Assembly (NCBI RefSeq): GCF_964204645.1
Contig: NC_134028.1
Span: 4,588,001-4,652,000, forward strand
Length of the DNA stretch: 64,000 nucleotides
Source of the DNA: Tubulanus polymorphus
Taxonomy: Eukaryota; Animalia; Nemertea
Direction: 5' to 3'
Shown here: in pieces, positions 12,689 through 25,800 of the stretch
Position numbering within the stretch: the first letter of the stretch is position 1
How the letters are laid out: every line of letters starts with the position of its first letter
The notes under the pieces: generated by a model
What the model was told of the DNA's origin: nothing
The model's database searches: none
The model's input: only the letters and a program-made list of their open reading frames with translations
Position numbers and translations under genes: made by a program

Positions 12689-13857
12689 CCTTTATTTTTC
12701 ACAATCGATTTAAATAGTGAAACTGAATTTCTGGTGGTTTAAAGTCACAGTGATTTAAGAGTATTGAGAAAATGTCGATCGTCTCTTAGTGTCTGTGGTA
12801 CAGACACTAAGGTTCTTGGTGAACTCAGGAGTTGTTTGAATTGATTGAGGAACTCTACTCAGTAAGTAAGTAGATACTAAAATCAATCAATTCCAACCAA
12901 AGCCCATAGCATACGGCTTATTACTACCATTAATATATACGCTATGAAACTGTAACTGTCAACGGATCTCTATAACTCGCGATTCCCGATCAAGCTCACC
13001 TGCTTATCTGACCAATAATCAAACCAAATCACCAAATCCTACTACCACAGCGATTCAAAAATTATTTTACAGGGCGCCGCCATTTTGAATATTTCGGTCA
13101 TGTGACTTTAATAAGGGCTATTCTGGTATACTATTCATATATTTTTGGACCGATTTTCACCGATTCTCGTTCAACTCGAAGTAGGGTCACTCCACGTTCA
13201 AACTGTATCGTTAAATAGAAAGCAAGTTTAGGTATATGCGATAGGTCAATTGACCTGTGTACGGCAGAAATTTGAAAATGAACATTTCATGATTCTCTGG
13301 TTGGTACAACAGAGTGAGTTACTTTGCTCCTCTACGATTGAGGAATGGCTCCGATAAATATTCAACCGCAGCATTCCCTCGCAGCTAATACCCAGGGTTG
13401 GGAGAAAGTCCATCGGCGCTATCACAAATACTTAATTAATGTTTGTAAGCGGCTTCGTGTGGAAGATGAGCTGCATTTCATAGATCTCATAGATCACCTA
13501 ATTCTACCTCTCTTCGAGATCTTGGCCAATTTCCCATACTCATTGAAATAATTTTATCTTCTTTGAAATAATTGGTTAAATTGCATGAAAAATTACCATT
13601 AGTACCATCCATGAAACATTACGAAACATGTCCGATTTACTTCGTCACTTGGGACGATGTTTCAGAGATACGGTACCCACAGAAATAAAACTCTGAAAAC
13701 ACTGATGCCGTTGTCGGAGCCATTTTTATTTCAATCATAAACGTAATCTTGACTAGAAAGTGAATATTGAATATTCATTTGGGATATTTTAGTCTAAGCA
13801 TATGCACATATGAGAATATGTTGAAACAAATTTCTGGGCTTCCAGGTTCGAAAAGAA

Positions 13858-16800
13858 TTAATTTCTCATACAAGCTGGAGATATGGAATCAGTTGTTGAA
13901 CGTGTGACGCGAGTCGAACCAGACTCATTCTTATCACATTGTTTCGTATTTGACGAGTAGGTAAGAAACTTCAGCTCAACGTGTGTGACTTGACTCAAAT
14001 CAACCGAGGAATCATCAGATATTTGTAGTGTCCAGGTTGTGAAGGGAGGTAAAGCAGATAGTTCGTCTTGGTTCTCATTATACATGCAGCCTAATTCCGT
14101 AATTTCATCTGCAAAATGATGAAAATAAAATAATTTAGGCTACAAGTAGGCTTCCTATGCGCAATACTTTGCGAAGACTTCCTGCTAAAAAAACCAAATA
14201 CATGTACCATTGTAAATTATGAAAGCGATATTCAAGAACGCAAAATACCTTAAAAGGCGCAACTTGCATGATTTTAATGTCTCGTGTCAGTCGGGTCCAG
14301 TTGCACAAAATATGTGTGATGTAAACCAGTGTATGAGATCTAATGACATTGGTATTTATCCAAACTTAAACGAGCCTTCGAGCCTAGATGTTTTATCAGT
14401 AATAATGATAATTACCTGTTGAAAGTATATATTTGTAGCCTATCGTTTTACCATCGCCGAAGAAACTATAAACCTTGCCGCGGTACCTGTCTGAGAATTC
14501 ACCAGCCCTCGACAGCAAAATACCTAATTCATCATCGGTCGATTTAGCTCCGTGAACGACGATTCTCATTTCAACGATGCGAATTCTTTCGTAATCTGCA
14601 AACGACGGCTCATCGATATCAATGACGAAATTTACGCTTCGATCCTTTTTCAAAAGCGTAATCGGGCATTCAGATTCGGTTAGCGCATCACCCGTGCAAT
14701 TTTCGTTATCCCTCAGATTCAAGTAGATATTCAACGGTTTGCTGCTGCATTTGAGGTCGGGTTCCAGCTTGAACAGAGTGGTCGCTTGGATTTTCGTTAG
14801 GACAGTCGACAGATCGTCTTTCAATAACGGTATGTTCTCTTTCGAACATTCGGTAAATTCGTTGTAGAATTTCGATTGGCAATACAAACGGATGACGTCA
14901 TGAACCAGTTCCCGATAATAAAACGACTGTCTATAAACTTTGCTCAGTAATTTCTTCGTCACCTCATTTTGTTTCAAGGATTTTTCATATTCTTTTTCCA
15001 GTTCAGATTTGTAAATCTCAGATAGTTGTAAACTTTGTCTTAAACGCGCAGCACTCTGCGCTTTGACGCCGATGTTGATGGCTTCTTTAGTCAAAGCTTC
15101 GCCCCAAACAGTCATCTCAATAAGCGAAGCCTTCACTGTGTCGATATAAGCTGCGAGAAGTGGGATAATCATCGCGTCCAGTCGCTGTTCTATCAATGTC
15201 TTCAAGGCTTGCCACTTTCCGATTTGTACTTTAAGTCGAGCTGTATCACTGACTGTACGCTTGTCGTAGATACTTTCTATTGTGTTGCCTTGGATTCCAG
15301 TTCTGTAACTATTACTGGCTTGAATCACGCGTTTTATTATCTCTTCCATTTGTAGGATATCTCTAACAACCTTAGCCAAATCCAGGTACCCGTTAACTAT
15401 AACCGCAGGTCCTTCAGCGTTTGCAAATATCCCGGAAATTACGCTCAAAATATCCAAATTATCCATATCAGCCATTTGAGTTCGAAGTCTCTTCATGTCT
15501 TCAGCGGATTTGTCTCGAGCCTTTTTAAACTCTAATTCTAACATACCTATAGTACTAGAAGCGACACTGAACGCGGTCTCCGCGTCTGTCTTCAGACTCT
15601 TTATGTGCTCCATCGGTTGTTGCATTTTGCTTATCGATAACTTAACTCGTGAAAGCGACTCAGCCGTATTTTGACCGCTACTTTCTAGATATTGTATGTT
15701 GTCGACGTGATCTCGAAGCATCGTCGCTAGTACCTTCGCGTATCCTTTGTAAGTTTCCATAGATAGCGGAGGTACGTTGCGTACATCAGAATTTTTGTGT
15801 AAAATCACATCCATCACATTCTGTCGCGCCAAATACGACATCTGCTGAAGATCGTCATCCTTCGGGTGCCCGGAGTTTCTCAGCGCTTCAGCAGATGCGA
15901 CCGCGGCGACCTCTTGTAGCAGATCGACGGCGATATCGATATTATCCTGGTCGCCATTTTCTATGAGACTCTTTGCGCAAAACAGGGCTGTTTGTAAGAA
16001 GTCGAGGCGCTGAACGGGAATTGCGAAACTTTCCTTCGAAGCGACCGTGCATTGAAACGGGGCTATTATTTCTGACGCGATAAGCAAAAACGAACCATCG
16101 TTATTCGTTTCGTCATTGTATGAAATTGCTACTCGAGTTTTTGATGCGTCGGATGTTCTGATGAATTGGGTCGTACACCCAAGCAATTCTATATTCGTCG
16201 ATGGCTTGAAGTTGAATTTCAAATACGAGCCTTCTTCCATGTAGAATGTCTTAGTGACGATTTTTAGACGGTATATTACGCTAGCCCCGCCGCTGAACGA
16301 AACGGAAAACGCGAAGATTCGCAACTCCTTCAGATCCGCCCGATCTTTGACTTCGGACAAAATCTCGTTCAAATCGACGTGAGTTTCGTAGATAGTGATG
16401 ATCCCATCTTCGTCGTCACGTCTCAGGAATTCGGGTGAACCGCATTGAGAATAACAGTTCCTACGCCCACAAGGTGCAACGTCAGTGGACTGCAGTTTAA
16501 TTTCTCTAAATTCTATCAAAGCGTTTATACTGAAACGAAGGGTTTAACAACTAATAAGTTCTCATTTCTACCTATGAGATGAATAAAGTAAATGAAGATA
16601 CTCATTCTTTCTTGTAACTGGTCACAGATACATATATGCTTAAAATCTGTTATTCAATTGGACACAAAAGTATTCCAAAACTGAATATTTTTACGAACCA
16701 GAGGGCTAGATTTTTATTAGCTCTGAGTCTATTATTGTATATCATTGTCAGACCCCTTTAAAAATAAGTTCAAGAAATCTTACTCTAATTCCAAGATAGG

Positions 16801-19800
16801 AGAAGTTGAAATTAGTCTGTAGTGGATCAAAGATGACGAGTCAAAATTACTACAAAATAGAAAAATATGATTTTGTCAATATAATTATTCTTATAATTAT
16901 TCTTATGTTTATAATCGTAATAACATTATAAACCATTTCAATGCAGTCATTCCGAAGGAAGTTGATTTTTTCAAATTAACCATCTACTCATTACACATAA
17001 ACGATTATACAATGATTACTCACATTTTTATTTTCTTTAGATGTTTAAGGTTACCAAACACATCCGGGGCTATAGTCACGATCTCTGAACTCGATAAATC
17101 TCTAAAATACAATACCATATATGGTGTGATACAAGTAAATTGATAAACATAACGTAATTATGGTTCACTCACAGCTCCTCCAAATTTTGTAGTCCATCAA
17201 AAAATCCCTTCGGTATATTGCTGATCTTAGCCATTTTTCTGGAATTGGAAATTGATAAAATGAAAACCCATTTTTTAAAACTAAACGGTTGAAAATGTTT
17301 TTAGATAATGATAATCAATAACGTACATTTTGGTGACGTATTTGGCACCTTCGAATAAATTAGTGGGAAGCCTCACCCCGGTAATATCAATCGCAGAAAA
17401 ATCGCTGAGAAAAAAGATACAGATGATTATTTTTTTCTGGAACTTTTCTACTCGACAGTGTAACCGCTAGAACCTTTACAACATTCCAGCCGAATTGAAA
17501 CTTCATTTTGCAACGTTCAAACTTGCCGAATGTCATGTACAGACACGCTATCTGAGACTGAGTTTTAAACAAAATAAACTCAGATTTCTATCTCATCAAA
17601 TGTAAGACTATAATTAATTTTGATTCATCTTGTGTTTATGATGTATTTTAATGGAGGCTCAGCTGTTTTGATAGATATACCTACATTTCTGTCTGGCCGG
17701 CTAATAGACTACTATAAATAGTACGCCACATTTCTGAAAAAAACACAAGAAAACAACCAGTCACTTTGTCCTGTATTGCAATGCTCTATATTACGATGTA
17801 CTGACCGGTCGGTTTTGGTCCTTGGCACGTTCGAATGTAAGTGTCACTTTTGGCATTGTTGTCCAAATCGGGCTGCACTGCGAATAGTGCGCACAGGCCT
17901 AACTTAGACGCGTAAAAAGTGCACTTGAAATCTCGAGCGTCGTAACATTTCGCTTGGCACAATTCGCGAGAAATGTTTAAATCCGACGGATAACTCTCAA
18001 TGGCTTTGAATCCAGGTGGCGCTATGACGTCCTTAATTCCGTAGAATTTATCTGAAATTCATATTAGATTATAATATTTTAACTCAAATGTCTCTTTGAC
18101 ACAGCGGGATGGTACTTTGACATAGTAATGATAGTATAACCCTCAATTCAACTTAAGAGTTTTGTTGAAATTGATCCCAAAGACCGGTTATTGATTGACC
18201 CGGGTTGGGCAACCCAATAGTTAACCCGATAGACGCCGTTCAGTCTATATAACATCTACTGGTTCACTTTTGGTTCATCATTTCATTGGATTAAGAACCC
18301 ATTTTACTCTTTACATGTGATTAACGCGGTACTCACCGTCTCCCTCTCTGATGTAAATTGAAGTTTCATTTTCGGAAGTTGGAAACATGCGTGATGTGAA
18401 GCATAGAAACGAATGCGGCTGATAATAAGCAGCGAAACAATATTTTGTACTCTCCATACAATAAGCCAAACATTCTTCAGCCGTTTGGAGTCCTTGCAGA
18501 TAGGTGATAACTGAATTCATAATCGTATTCGCCCTCTTCAGGAAACAACCATTGTATTCATCCGCCATGTTTGCTGAAACAAAATCACCGAGTTTAGAAT
18601 CAAGGAACTCGTTAGGACTATAACAGAGTCAGATCAGAAATCATCAACACCAGAGCTAAAACCCAACACAATCTCACAACAGCAGAACATACATTGCCAT
18701 AGTCGTGTTTGTGGCGGTCGTTTCTTGTGGCAAATTCTTTTATAAAGAGTCGCGTCTTCGACGGGAGAAGTCAACTCATCAAGCGGGAATCTATATATTT
18801 TACAGTCGTTATTTCCATTGAATTCGTAACCGACGCATCCATGTGTACTGTATTTTGAACAGATCTTCCGGCAACCCTCCGAACTAGCGACTTGATTTTC
18901 AATTTCTCCAGCTCCAGTGTAATCAGGCATTTCCTTATAATAATCTAAAGTTTTTGAAAAGATACTTCACGAAAAGAAATATTCTGTTAGGTGATATGTA
19001 TTGCATTAGGGTCTTTATTGTAATCATTGTATTGTTTATTTAGATATGTCTTTATCTTCTTTTCCAGTGCAGCCCCCTTGATTGGTTTAGCGAGACGCTA
19101 ATACATAACTGTTAGATCAATAAATCATTATGTACACTATATTACTCAGTTTTAATATGAAGTAAAAATTTATTTGTTGATGACCAATCAAAGACGAGCG
19201 CGCTTCCACTAAACAGATCGGATTCTTCCGATCAAGGACATTACTTACCACTTCCCAATTTCAAATTGAACTTGGATGTAGTCGCTGATTTTAGATGTAC
19301 AAATCCACAAGTTGGTACATTTCCATAAGTACCATTAGTAAACTGTACCCCGATGCAGTAATGGGGAACTTCGAGGCAGCGGAACAAACATTGGTCAAGA
19401 GTTAGATTTCTCAGCGTGTATACTATTTCTTCCGCTTTCGCCATTTGGTATCGGTTTTGTATGAAGCACCCGTGATAAAAATTATTAGGATGATCTTAAA
19501 ATATGGAATAGAATTTTTTTGAATTTTACCATGAACATTCTACCATCGTTCGTTCATTATTTGGATATAATTGGAATAATAATCATAAATACATACGTGG
19601 ATTCGGATTGACATAGCATCCGGCAATATTGACGCAATCTTCAACTTCAGTAGAATTACCCACACAGTCGGAACCGCCTCCACTTTCAGGGGGGTTGTCA
19701 CACTCTCTCCACCGCTCGCGTGTTCCTTGGCCGCATTTTTTAGAGCACTGTGACCATCCACCCCAAGAACTCCAGTAGCCGTCAACTTTAAGTTAAGCAA

Positions 19801-22800
19801 TAAAACAAAGTGGCGCTTTGATGAAACCCAAATATCAAGATCTTATTCAATTCCTGCGTTTGATTTTAGAACATTTTGTATTTCAAGAAAATGAATTGGA
19901 ATAACTATGATTGGTATGACGCTAGAGCAAAATCCGTTATTTTGCGAATAATAACCTAATTTCTATCCGAAATGCTTCTGATGTGTAATCTTTGTTTCAA
20001 TACCTGGACAATCTTTCAGCGTACATTCGACTTTATCCGACGCAGATCCTTCACATTGTTTACCTCGATGACGCGGTGTCGGGTTGTTACATATTCGGCT
20101 GCGAATCTGCGATCCCTTTCCGCAGCTTGCCGAACACGGAGTGTATTTCGCCCATTCGGCCCATCCTCCGTCAACTGAAGAATAAGACGAATTTTTGAGA
20201 CTTGCAGAAGTATTCTGAGCTTTCTAACGCGGTGCGGCGACCTGGTTTTTATCACCATTTTCATAGCATAGGAAAAAATGCCTGTAATATTTATGCTAGA
20301 ATAGGAGATCGTGATCATGCGAATGGTACCTATAAAACATTGGTAAAATCTAAACCTACCTGCACAGCCTAGAATCTCGGTACGTAGGCAGCCCAGGTGT
20401 TTACTAATTCCCAGCACATTCAGCCGTACATATTTTGCTTTCAACACCCGCGAGAAATATGACGTGACAAGTTTTGAATTTTCGCTGTTCCCAGGAAATA
20501 TCTGCAATGGTAACAGGAAATAGTGCTGTTTTTCTACGTCTCAAAAACTGGGAATTTAAAGCTCTCAACTATAAATCTGAAAGTCAGGGCCCAGTTTCGG
20601 TGGTGACATGGCTTAGATTTATGACCGGTAGTAATAGGGGTAATGGGCTTTCATACCAAAGGTCGAAAGGTCGAGCCCGAGAAATTTTCCAAAATGTTAA
20701 AATAACAACAATTTCTACTTGAATTAGTCGTGAAACTCATGAAAATGAAAAATAAATTCTCACACGCTCGAATTTATTTTCCATTTTCTACTCACTAGAA
20801 GAAAGTGTGAGTAAAGTGTGAGTGAAATAGTTTATATTTTAAACATATTTCGAGTAAAAATATTTGTATGAGTTAGATTTTTAAACATTAAAAGTGTGAG
20901 TAAAGTGTGAGTGAAATAATTCATATTTAAAACAGTGAATATTTATATTTGAATGAGTTTTAATAAAAATTTTGTTATAAAAATGAAGAAAGAAGAAGAA
21001 GAACCCAACTTTAAAATCGAAATCAATGAAACCAATAAATCATTTTCACAGTTTTACATTAAAAATTATATTTCAGCAACAAATTTAGTGTCCGCAAGAC
21101 ATTATAAAATCGATAATATTACTATGATTAATCAAATATTATCAAATGAAACATATTTACTTACTGAACTAGTAGATACTTTTGATACTGGCGTTAAAAA
21201 TCCTAAAATATTCAATACAGTTTTAAATTTTAAAGGAACTTTAGATGAAAACATAATTAATATTCTTAAAACTCCTTTCAATGAAAGAAATGATGATTTA
21301 ATACTTTCTAAAGATTACAATGATTTGATTAACTTAAGAATTGAAAAAAGACAATTATATTATTTCAATTTTGATAATAAACAAATTATCTATAATGAAA
21401 ATTCATCAAATATTGGAATTCAATGTGAATTAGATAATGAAAAATCATTTAAAGATATTGCAGTTCAATGTAAATTAGATGATGAATTTAGAAAATTCAA
21501 TCCTAATGAAAAAGTGCATTGTTATTGCGGAGGTAAATATTTAAAATCACATAAATCAAAGCATTATGAAACAATTAAACATAAAAACTGGCGTAAAGAG
21601 TAACAATTCTACATTATAATTATTGAATTGAGTTAAATGATTTAAATATCTAATAGACTGTTAAAATGATAAATATTTTGACAGTTGAAATGATAAATTG
21701 TTTGACAGTTAAAATGATAAATTGTTTGACAGTTGAAATGATAAATATTTTGATAGTTAAAATGATAAATTGTTTGACAGTTGAAATGATAAATATTTTG
21801 ACAGTTGAAATGATAAATTGTTTGACAGTTAAAATGATAAATTGTTTAACAGTTAAAATGATAAATTGTTTGACAGTTGAAATGATAAATTGTTCGACTG
21901 TTGAAATGATAAGACAGTTGAAATGATAAATTGTTTAACAGTTGAAATGTTAAATTGTTTGACAGTTGAAATGATAAATTGTTTGACAGTTGAAATGATA
22001 AATTGTTCGACTGTTGAAATGATAAATTGTTTGACAGTTGAAATGATAAGACAGTTGAAAAGATAAATTGTTTGACAGTTGAAATGATAAATTATTCGAC
22101 AGTTGAAATGTTAAATTGTTTGACAGTTGAAAAGATAAATTGTTTGACAGTTGAAATGATAAATTATTCGACAGTTGAAATGATAAATTGTTCGACTGTT
22201 GAAATGATAAATTGTTTGGCCGTAAATTTAATTGTTATTTGATTTAATCATTTAAAAGTTTAATATTTTTAAAATGATTATAAAATATTTAATTAAAAAC
22301 TAGCAAATATTTTATAAACTGTTTAATTTTTCTCTTAAATAAATGGATGGTTTCATTCCAACTGGGAAAAGTGATTTGAAACATTATTTAGTTGCTGGAG
22401 GTTTAATATTGGCGGCATTATACTTTTACTATGAAAATATTTCAAAAGATTTGATGAATGAAAATAATAAATTGAGTAAAAAATTAAAGAAGTTAAATGG
22501 AAACAATCACAGAAATAGAAAGAATAAAAAAGTTAATTTAGAAAATGATTTAGAGGATTAAAACAGCATCTTTTAATTTCATATATTTTGACTATAAAAA
22601 TGAGTGAAAATATATTAAACTTATTACATCTAATATATAAAAATCAACAGAATATTAAATCAATTATTATGCTTACAGGTTTATTTTCATTCTCAGTTTA
22701 TACTATAAAACAGTTGTTAGAATTCTATGATTGCTGTAAAATTAGATACACTGAATTAATAGAAAATATGAATTATATTTCAGATAGATTGAATAATATT

Positions 22801-25800
22801 AAATGCTGTGAAATTTGTAATAAAAGATATAAAAATTTAAAGAGTTTAAAAACTCATAAATATATTCATGAACTTGATGAAAAATTATATGAATCAAAAT
22901 AAGAAATCGACTGTTAAATTAGCTGAAAATATAAAATATATTAGTTGAATTTTAGTAATCCTAAAATAAACGTTAATAAAAAAAAGGGGGTTGAGGTATC
23001 AATGTATTAGATACCCATACTAATGGATGAGTGGATGAATTGGATGAATTGGATGAATTGGATGAGTGGATGAATGGATGAGTGTAATAATATATAATTT
23101 ACATATGTTTTTTATTTTTAAAACAGTAAGAGTTTGATTTGAAGTTATTTTATCAATTTTATACTATATTTAAATATTATTTTGATAATATATATATATA
23201 TATTGTGTTAAATTTAATAAAGAATGAAAATATTATATTTATACTCGTACTATTCTTCCAATTTATGTGTTAAAAAGTAAAATATATATATTATTATACT
23301 CATCCACTCTTCCACTCATCCAATTCTTCCAACTCTTCCAACTCATCCACTCATCCATCAATATACAGTGAATTCTACCCTATTAGATACCCTAATACCA
23401 TGTATTAAATATGTATTAAATACGTATTGATGGTATTAAATACGTATTAATGGTATTGAATACATATTATGCTTTATTTCTGAAAATGAAGTAACAGAAG
23501 TAATTTATGTTTTAATTCATTCAAGTATGATATTGTAAATTCTTTACATTTGACTAGGATAATACAAGAGTGATATTAGTTAGTTGGCTTATTCAATAAG
23601 AGAAACAATGAAATAATACAAGAGTGATACTAACAGTTAAAGTTATTGAATTTCTTGTTAAATCTATTTGAATTCTAGTCAATTCTTGTTAACCAATAGC
23701 GCGAATAGAAATCGAATAGATTTGAATAAAAAAACAATAAGTTACATCAGTTAGAACCTTTATTATTTTTTAATTACTTCTGAGACTACAATTTCCCTAT
23801 GAATATAAATTTATAAAATAAAATCCTAATTCAAAATATTATAGAATTCACTGTATATTGATGGATGAGTGGATGAGTTGGATGAATTGGATGAATTGGA
23901 AGAGTGGATGAATGGATGAGTGTAATAATATATAATTTATATATGTTTTTTATTTTTAAAACAGTAAGAGTATAAATTTAATAAAGAATATAAATATTAT
24001 ATTTATACTCATACTATTCTTCCAATTTATGTGTTAAAAAGTATAATATATATATTATTACACTCATCCATTCATCCACTCTTCCAATTCATCCAATTCA
24101 TCCAACTCATCCACTCATCCATCAATATACAGTGAATTCTATAATATTTTGAATTAGGATTTTATTTTATAAATTTATATTCATAGGGAAATTGTAGTCT
24201 CAGAAGTAATTAAAAAATAATAAAGGTTCTAACTGATGTAACTTATTGTTTTTTTATTCAAATCTATTCGATTTCTATTCGCGCTATTGGTTAACAAGAA
24301 TTGACTAGAATTCAAATAGATTTAACAAGAAATTCAATAACTTTAACTGTTAGTATCACTCTTGTATTATTTCATTGTTTCTCTTATTGAATAAGCCAAC
24401 TAACTAATATCACTCTTGTATTATCCTAGTCAAATGTAAAGAATTTACAATATCATACTTGAATGAATTAAAACATAAATTACTTCTGTTACTTCATTTT
24501 CAGAAATAAAGCATAATATGTATTCAATACCATTAATACGTATTTAATACCATCAATACGTATTTAATACATATTTAATACATGGTATTAGGGTATCTAA
24601 TAGGGTAGAATTCACTGTATATTGATGGATGAGTGGATGAGTTGGAAGAGTTGGAAGAATTGGATGAGTGGAAGAGTGGATGAGTATAATAATATATATA
24701 TTTTACTTTTTAACACATAAATTGGAAGAATAGTATGAGTATAAATATAATATTTTCATTCTTTATTAAATTTAACACAATATATATATATATATATTAT
24801 CAAAATAATATTTAAATATAGTATAAAATTGATAAAATAACTTCAAATCAAACTCTTACTGTTTTAAAAATAAAAAAACATATGTAAATTATATATTATT
24901 ACACTCATCCATTCATCCACTCATCCAATTCATCCAATTCATCCACTCATCCATTAGTATGGGTATCTAATACATTGATACCTCAACCCCCTTTTTTTTA
25001 TTAACTTTTATTTTAGGATTACTAAAATTCAACTAATATATTTTATATTTTCAGCTAATTTAACAGTCGATTTCTTATTTTGATTCATATAATTTTTCAT
25101 CAAGTTCATGAATATATTTATGAGTTTTTAAACTCTTTAAATTTTTATATCTTTTATTACAAATTTCACAGCATTTAATATTATTCAATCTATCTGAAAT
25201 ATAATTCATATTTTCTATTAATTCAGTGTATCTAATTTTACAGCAATCATAGAATTCTAACAACTGTTTTATAGTATAAACTGAGAATGAAAATAAACCT
25301 GTAAGCATAATAATTGATTTAATATTCTGTTGATTTTTATATATTAGATGTAATAAGTTTAATATATTTTCACTCATTTTTATAGTCAAAATATATGAAA
25401 TTAAAAGATGCTGTTTTAATCCTCTAAATCATTTTCTAAATTAACTTTTTTATTCTTTCTATTTCTGTGATTGTTTCCATTTAACTTCTTTAATTTTTTA
25501 CTCAATTTATTATTTTCATTCATCAAATCTTTTGAAATATTTTCATAGTAAAAGTATAATGCCGCCAATATTAAACCTCCAGCAACTAAATAATGTTTCA
25601 AATCACTTTTCCCAGTTGGAATGAAACCATCCATTTATTTAAGAGAAAAATTAAACAGTTTATAAAATATTTGCTAGTTTTTAATTAAATATTTTATAAT
25701 CATTTTAAAAATATTAAACTTTTAAATGATTAAATCAAATAAAAATTAAATTTACGGCCACACAATTTATCATTTCAACAGTCGAACAATTTATCATTTC

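Noticed and set aside
14396-16519. Bacterial contamination or a stand-alone prokaryotic toxin gene
   Set aside because: It is bounded by AG/GT splice sites, its C-terminal domain is completed by a separate downstream exon, and it is duplicated together with the intron-rich upstream exons.
21666-21926. ORF of MINCLTVE repeats (and its mirror at 26051-26335)
   Set aside because: By-product of a 24-bp minisatellite with one stop-free frame; the frame breaks at the first truncated unit while the array continues.
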